DNA from: the human T2T-CHM13v2.0 reference genome, Homo sapiens
Reading direction: 5' to 3' (one strand)
Length of the DNA stretch: 64,000 bases
Assembly (NCBI RefSeq): GCF_009914755.1
Contig: NC_060946.1
Both the position numbers and the translations under genes were made by a program. Under the pieces are notes generated by a model. The model searched no databases, had not been told where the DNA came from, and was given only the letters and a program-made list of their open reading frames with translations. Positions 54,355-64,000 of the stretch are shown here, piece after piece (within the stretch, counting starts at the first letter, position 1; the number at the start of each line of letters is the position of its first letter).

Positions 54355-55406
54355 TCCCTATCTTTGGGAAATTCAGCCTAGGAAACAAATATGAAATGAG
54401 GACATACACAAATAATTGCATACTCTAACTTCAATATGTGATGTAAGGAGAGGTTAATGGTGCTATGAGATTCTTTAACTGGAATTTGATATAAAAAGGA
54501 AGGTCAGAGAAGTCTTCCCCGAGGATCTGATACTAAAGCTCAGAACTAAAAGATGAGTTGGAGTGATGCATCCCAAATGAACAGAATGTGCAAAGGCCCT
54601 GTGGCAAGCATCTCATTTTCAAAGGACCAAATGGCCAGTGTGGCCAGCAAGAAGGGGGCACTGTAACACCCATTTACTGGACTACAGTTGTTTATTTTCC
54701 TGTTTGTCTCCCTCAACTAGACCAGAAGGTCCTCTCCTCTGGGGCTGGGTCTGACTACCCTCTGTTTCCACAGTCTAACGCAGAGTCTGATACACAGTAG
54801 ATGCTCAGGAAATGATTGCTGAATGAAAAAAAATGTTTTTAATGAACGGACTTACTTAGCTGTGCGGCTGGGTTTCCTGTATTCACAGGGGGTAACCATT
54901 AGATTCTCCATCCAGAATGTTCCCCGCTAGCTCCCCAAGAGGGTGACACTTGCAGGGAAGCAGCTACTCTGGGCCAGATGCAAAAGTGACTGCTCTAAGC
55001 ATTTCTATCTTAGGTAATTCTCACAGAGAACCCCCCCTGGGAGGTCATTAACCCCACTGTCTGAGAAGGCAGCAGAGGTGCAGGGAGGCCACCCAGAAAG
55101 CCAGCGAGCAGCGGGGCTGAAATTCAGGCTTCTGTGGCTTCTCAGTCATGCTCTTTCCACTGCCCCATGTGAGATGGGGGTGAGAAGTGGACAAAGACAG
55201 ACGGTGGTGCCTGGAGAAAGCAGAATACAGGGTTCCTGACAGACCCAGGTGGCAGACGGGAGGGTGGTTGGGGGCGGAGAGAGTGCTGAAACCCAGCAGC
55301 CTGGGGAAGCAGCACTCACAGTTCTCTGGCTCTACAGAGGAACCTTGCAAGAGAAAGAGAAATTATTTTCAAATTATTAGTGACCGGCTTTTGAGGCTGT
55401 TCCTTA

Positions 55407-55978
<572 letters not shown>

Positions 55979-56006
55979 TCACTCCTCAATAAAGCTCATC
56001 CTCATC

Positions 56007-56290
56007 TGGGCACGGTAGCTCACACCTGTAATCTCAACACTTTGGGAGGCTGAGGTAGGAGAATCACTTGGGGCCAGGAGTTCGAGACCAGCCTAGGCAA
56101 CATAGTGAGACCCCATCTTTACAAACAATTAAAAAAACTAGCCAGGCATGGTGGCACCTGTAGTCCCAGCTACTTGGGAGGCTCAGGTGGGACAATTACT
56201 TGAGCCCTGGAGTTCCAGGCTGCAGTGAGCCATGATTGCACCACTACTTCAGCCTGGGCAACAGAGTAAGACTCTGTCTCAAAAAAAAAT
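56007..56290 (+). mobile_element. AluJ
   Basis: Full dimer; approximate TSD ctcatcctc. Confidence 0.92.
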
Positions 56291-56416
56291 AAAAATTCAA
56301 ATTGAATTAAATAGACCTCATCCTCTTCCCCCCATTCCTTTCTCTCTGACTTCTAGAGTCTGGAATAAGATGCTTATTCATTCATTCCAACCGAACTGTT
56401 TGAGTGTCTACTATCA

Positions 56417-57244
<828 letters not shown>

Positions 57245-58155
57245 CTACCTACATGATGAGAACATCTGCAAAACATCTACAAAGCCTGGAAATGAAAGAG
57301 TGTGACCCACTTAATGACATAAAGTTTAATGTGGCTGGAGCAAAGCATGGCAGGTGGGTAGAGACTACAGAGGGAATGGATCAAAGGGAAGCTCTGGGGT
57401 CTTCTTAGCTGAAGCTTCACATAGAAAACTTTATTCTAAGGCTGCATCCTTTAGGAAGCCTTCTGTGTCGCCCCCTTGTCCTTGTCCATAAAAATAAATT
57501 TATGGTTCCAGCTTATGAATTCCTTCCCCCAGAAGTTACCAGGAAAACTACCTGTCTTCAGCCAAGAGAAGGTACGACCTACTCCTGAGTTCTTGGCTTC
57601 TCTGGCAGAAGATCCCACCCAGCCCCAGGCCCCATGAAGTCATCTATAATCCCCTCTCTTCTGCTTGGCTTGCCTCTTCTGGCCTCACAGGGAGCCTCCC
57701 AGATGGGTGGTTTTGCTTAAATAAGACGGGCCCACATCTCCCTTTGGTGCCAGAGGTCTAGAGGAGGAAACAAGAAAATGGGAATCTTTACTTTCATCAT
57801 CTCTAGGCATCAAATATTCAATTAACCTTCAGCCTGACACCAGATTGGGTTTTATTTCTACCACTAAGCATGCATGCAATGGAGCAGCCGATCCGGGAAC
57901 CTCATGCAATTAAAGCTTCCCCAAAGCCAAGCCACTGGCATTAGCATCAGGAAGGGAGCCCTTGCAGCGGGGGCAGGCTTTCTCTCTTCTGAACATTTTC
58001 ACAATCGTAGATTGAGCATTGACCAGGAGAGAGGGCCCTCAGTTTCCTTCCTCCCTGCCCTGATACTCCATGCCCTCAGCAGCCCTGGACCCAGCACCTA
58101 GCATCTCTGGGCCTCAGATTCCTCCTCTGCAAGATGATGGGCTACCTTGAATCAA

Positions 58156-58722
<567 letters not shown>

Positions 58723-58914
58723 GCAAATGATTAAGGTGATTGAGGGTTTAAGCTCCCTTCTCATTGCAGCAATGAAGAAATTCATGTTTTTAAGCACTTA
58801 CTATTTGTAAGGTCTTTACTAACATTAATTTTTACTTCATATAAGTTAAAAATAAATTGTATTATTTGCTCTTTGGATTAATCCCATGAAGTAGTTGCAA
58901 CTATTACATTTAAT

Positions 58915-60095
58915 TATATCCTCTTGCTTCCTCACCACTTCACTTGGATGTCTAAGAGGCATCTCAAATGAAATGTATTCAAAGACAAACTCCTGATTCT
59001 CCCTCCCTATATCTACTTATAGGGAGATATTTATTTATCTATTTATCTATTATACTTATTTTACCCCCATCTTTCTCATATGTGTAAGGTATGATCTATT
59101 CCATCAGTTGCTTGGGGGAAAGAATCAAACAACGACAAAACAGAAACCTTGGCGTTATTCTGGCCCAGTGGAGTGCTGGCTTTCTTAACAAGTTGGCGGC
59201 ACAGTGGGCCACACCCTGATTTGTAGCATCTGTCAATTTCCACGGTGTAAATACTCCCACCATGACCCATTTTAATATACCAACATAATGACAACAGGCT
59301 CTCCAAATGCCTGGACCATTAGCTCTTACAAGCCCGTATGAGCCTGCCCCCAGCCCAGCACACTCACTGTGAACTGGACCTTTCTCTTTCTCCCACACCC
59401 TGTAGCCAAATCCTCAGGAAATTCCATTGCTTCTACTCAAAAGTCAAAGTCTTCCCAGAGTCCAAGCAGTTCTGACACCTCCACTGCCACCTGCAGGGTC
59501 CACGCCACCACTGTGTCTTCCCAGGGTTATTGCAACGGCCTTTGAGATATCCTTGTTCCCACTTCTGCCCCCTCTTTTTAACCAACACTCAGTGATCCTG
59601 TTACAACCGAAGTCATAGCACCCATGCTCTGCTCAAAGTTCTGCAATAGCTCCCTGTTTTATTTGGACTTAAAGCCAGTGTTCTTACAAAAGGCCCTATG
59701 GGATCTAGCTCTGGTTACATCTCCAGCATCGCTTTATTCCTCTCTTCTCCTTTCTGTATGGTACATTTGACCATATTAGCCTTCTTGCCATTCCACACGC
59801 ATACCTCAGGGCCTTTGCACTGCTGTCTCCCCTGCCATTGGGATGCTCTGCCCCAAATATCTGCAGAGCTTGCTCCCCATCTCTCCATCCTCTGACTTTG
59901 CTTCACTTCCATAGCCCTTGCCACCACCTAACACACTACGCATTGTGGTGTATCTTGAAGTATTTCAACTCCCACACCTCCACCTGGAATGTCACCTCCA
60001 GGAGAAGAGCAGGAGTTTATTTTTTGTCTTATTCACTGCCGTAACCCTAATATATAGACCAGTGCATGGCCCATAGTAGGTGCTTAATAAATAAA
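58915..60095 (+). mobile_element. L2 3' region with a nested MER63A-like hAT element (~59165-59370)
   Basis: cacttggatgtctaagaggcatctcaaa...catagtaggtgcttaataaata; MER63 motif ccctgatttgtagc...ggtgtaaatactcccaccatg. Confidence 0.75.
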
Positions 60096-61011
60096 AGGCA
60101 AGGAAGTAAATGTAGCTTGTCAGGATCATACAGACATGAGGCTTCAAAGCGAGAATTTGAACCCAAATTTATGTTCAGCTGGCTATGATGCACGTGGAGG
60201 GAAAAAAGAAGGTCAGAAAAATATGGAAAGACCTTCTGGGGACATGGCCTCCATTTCTTAGTAAGTACAGGTTTATTACATGACAGGGAACCTGGTTGAT
60301 AAGAAATAACATTTGGCTAAAAATTATCAGGTAAAGTATTAAATAATAGAAGTAGGAGGTCTCCCCAAGAGAATATTTTATAGGGTTATAGTTTCAAAGG
60401 ATGTGTCATCATGGACCTTAGAATCAGAATATCTAGCGGGAGGGGGACTTCAGGGTCCCCCAATCCAGTGATGCTGAGATATGCTGGCAGAGTTCAGGGC
60501 CAAGTGCCGTGGGGCTTGGGGAGCCTGTATCATTCTCCCGGGTGTTCTGAGCACTGGACACTAAGCCAAGCAGAAAGTGATGATGGAACCACAGACAGGC
60601 TCAGAATGGGGCCAATAAGGGGGGGCATCGCCCTCCCCAAGGCAGCTGTCACGACTTGCGTTAGGACAAGCAGCCAGTGTCATCCCGGGGCCTTAGGATT
60701 TGCAGTGACATCAAAATCAATTCAGTCCCAGTTTTAATCATCATGGACATGTGAGGACTGTCATTTTTGTCACTGAGCAAGTTTAAATCGATTCCACATA
60801 TATTTATTGAGCATCCACTATGTAGCAGGCATTGAGGCTGGGCCCTGGCAGTGAGCAAGACAGATGCAGCCCCGCCCCCGGGGAGCCATGTTGTAGGCTG
60901 ATACAGCACCAGCAAGAGGAAATACAGCACTCTGGGGGCCCAGAGCGAGGGAAGGTGAGCCTGGCTGAGAATGTGAGGGAGAAGCTTTCCTGAGAACAGT
61001 AAAGTCTAAGT

Positions 61012-61233
61012 CAGTTTTTCTCAACCAGGGTCTATCTTGCCCCAGGGGACACTTGCCAATGTTTGGAGGCATTTCTAGTTGGGACAATGGGAGGGTGCGG
61101 GGGAGAGCACCCCCAGCATCTAGTGGGGACAGGCCAGGGATGCTGCTATGCATCCTACAATGCACAGGACAGTCCCCACCACAAAGAATGAGCTGACCCA
61201 AAATATCAACGGTGTTGAAGCAGAGAAACCCTG
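61012..61233 (+). mobile_element. MER20
   Basis: cagtttttctcaacc...gcatctagtggggacaggccagggatgctgct...cctacaatgcacaggacag...gaaaccctg. Confidence 0.88.
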
Positions 61234-63536
61234 ATCTATGCTAAGACCTGAAAGACAGAGAGAAGATGGGCAGAGATGGAGGGGAACAGTGTTCCAGCCA
61301 AAAGGAACAGCATGTGCTAAGGTCCAGAGGCAGGAAAGCACAGCTCCCTTCTTAATTGTCCATGATATTTAATATTTGCTGAGCACTTAGGACATCCCAA
61401 GCAGTTACATCCTAGACATCTTCACGACAAGCACATGCCTTGGGTTCTGTTATTATCTCCATTTTCCAGATGAGTAAACTGAGGCTCGGGGTGGTGGGAG
61501 AGTGCCTGTGATTGCACAGCTAGAAGCTGGCGGAGCTTGGACTTTAACCCCACTTGCCATGTCTCCAGGACCCTGTGTGTCTGGAGTTCAAGGGTGCGTC
61601 CATGAAGTAGGACAGCCTGGCGGTGAATGCGACTCAGCAGCGCCTTGAAGGCCACATTAGGGAGTCTGGGCTTCCCCAAATTGGGCAGCAGGAAAAGGGT
61701 TTAAGCACTTAAAGAGATTAAAGCTTTGCAGAAGGGAGCTGAGTCCTCTGGTCACCAGCCCGAGGCTCACGCCGACAAGCTTGGCACACACTTGGCAGAG
61801 TGGCATCTGGACTTGGCACCTCCTCCCTCCCACAGAGGGAGTGAAAATAGCATCTCAACAGCCAGGGTTACGTGAGGCCCAAGAGCTGCTGGGTTTAATT
61901 TATCTTGCTTGGTTTTCCACTGACAGTTTTAGTAAACCAATTTGGGTTTGATAGTAAAAATAATTCCATCCTCCGGGCCCCTCAGCCCTCCTAAGTGTTT
62001 GCAATTGTTATTTTTCACATCGACGATGGGGAGGGAGTGTGCACTGCAGACCGAGCTGGGTAGGTGGCCCATAGTAGGCGCATGACTTAGCTGTCTGCTG
62101 AGTCATGAATGAGGACGTAAGCCACATTTCCCAGGCGAGAGGGGATCTCTCTCCCTCTTCGTCTACTGGGCAGTCTGTTGATACCGTGGCCATGGCGGTT
62201 CTAATTAGTTACCATTTATTAAAAACCTACTATGTGCTAGGCAGGCCCTGAGCTGCATCGTTTAGGTCCGTGAGCAATAATAAATGTGAACATTATTATG
62301 CAGAGATAATAATTACATAAATGAGAGCTAATGTGGGTAGAGATAATTACAGAAGGGTAATTACCCAAATTAGAGATAATGTATGCCAAGCACATTGCAT
62401 GGTATCTGGCACATAGTTGGTGCTTCATAAATGGAGACTACTATTATCAGGAATCCTCAGATAAGGCAGATATTATCATTACCACTTTATGGGTTGGGTA
62501 TGACAGCACAGAGAGGTTACGTGGTTTCCTCAGGTCACACAGCTAGTAAAGACGGAGCACACACCGTAGCCTCCACTTCCACTGACTTGAACAGCTTTCG
62601 GGGCACCAGCTGTGTGTCTCGGCAATGCAGCAGCGACACGGGAAGGCTCCCAGGCCTGTAGGGACTCAAAGTTCAGGAAGGGACACATAGCCATAAACAG
62701 ACAGCCTGGCAAAATGTAAGCAAAGTCCTGTGGCTTGGAGGGTGAGTTGAGGAGGTAGAGGGGAACTAGATTTATCTCCGTGAATTATGGAAATATCCCT
62801 GAGAAGGTGACATCCAGAAGGAATCTTGAAGAGTGCCAGTTGCCCGGAGTTAATGGGAGAAAAGTGTCGTGAGCAAAGGATTCAAGCAGTGATGACAGTG
62901 ACCATTAGGCATGAAATGAATGCTCTGAATCACAGCATCAATTACAACCATCTGCCCCACATTGTTGGTGTTGGAGGAAAGAAGGAGGTTGCACCAACTT
63001 GGGATGAGTCAGGAGCCCTCAGGCTAAACCTTCTTCACACCCCAAATGCCTCCCTAACCCACCACGTATCCCTCCCAGCTCCATCAGAAATCTGCCTCTT
63101 CCTCTAAAAACACAACTGAACAGAAACTTTTAAACCCTAAGGGCCTTTTCATATTGCTGTCCTCTCACTCTCTCTCATTCGTTCTCTCTCCACACCCCTT
63201 CCCCAACTCTCAAAATAAATTACGGAAAGGAGAATAAGGGAACTAACATTGGTGAAGGCATCGTAGAATAGAAGATCCGAGAGGGGCCCCAAGTGGGCAG
63301 GTAACTTAGCAAGTATCACACAGCAAGAGAGGACCAGAAAGACAACTTGCTTGTGGCCACAAGAGCTCAGCACGGGGGCCACAACCTTGAAGATGCCTTG
63401 CAGCCAAGGAGACATAAAAGCGCCTAGAGTCAAAAAGAGGTGCATGTAAGTGCATCCTGATGTTCACCAGCTCTGTGGCCTCAGGCAGATTATTGAAGGT
63501 GCTGGTGCCTGCACCCACAATGGGATATTTTGTTCA

Positions 63537-63908
<372 letters not shown>

Positions 63909-64000
63909 TTAAAATAACAGATAACATAAGGTTTCTGACACAAGATAGGCAGATAACCATAGTTAACACTACTTTTACCCCTACTATATCCCAGACTTTA

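Noticed and set aside
61412-61426. 15-bp match (ctagacatcttcacg) to hairpin copy B
   Set aside because: It lies in a MIR-like context and similarity does not extend on either side; treated as chance.

Overview
Primate (almost certainly human) genomic DNA from inside SEZ6L (seizure-related 6 homolog-like; human chr22q12.1), transcribed on the + strand. The window holds the last ~32.6 kb of intron 1, coding exons 2-9 and the first ~9.9 kb of intron 9. Exons are 32648-33388, 34534-34667, 37132-37324, 39228-39413, 46215-46380, 50906-51072, 52004-52198 and 53994-54132. All have GT-AG boundaries and join in frame, encoding a Pro/Ser/Thr-rich N-terminal region followed by CUB-sushi-CUB-sushi-CUB(start) modules. 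The rest is repeat-rich intron (Alu, L1, L2/MIR, MaLR/ERVL LTRs, hAT/Tigger fossils, microsatellites); repeat subfamilies are called from remembered consensus sequences and have approximate boundaries. No prokaryote-type system, CRISPR array or RNA gene is supported. The best unexplained signals are: (1) a 78-bp hairpin-forming element present twice, 2.3 kb apart, in intron 1; (2) a degenerate tandem array in intron 6 made of in-phase nTTCn/nGAAn heat-shock-element pentamers; (3) a G4 + distant branch point + (CU)n AG-free architecture upstream of frameshifting exon 6; (4) a probable ancient L1 3' transduction inside a four-level nested insertion; (5) symmetric exon blocks (exon 2; exons 7-9) between inverted Alus that would give stop-free circular ORFs. 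All of these are hypotheses.
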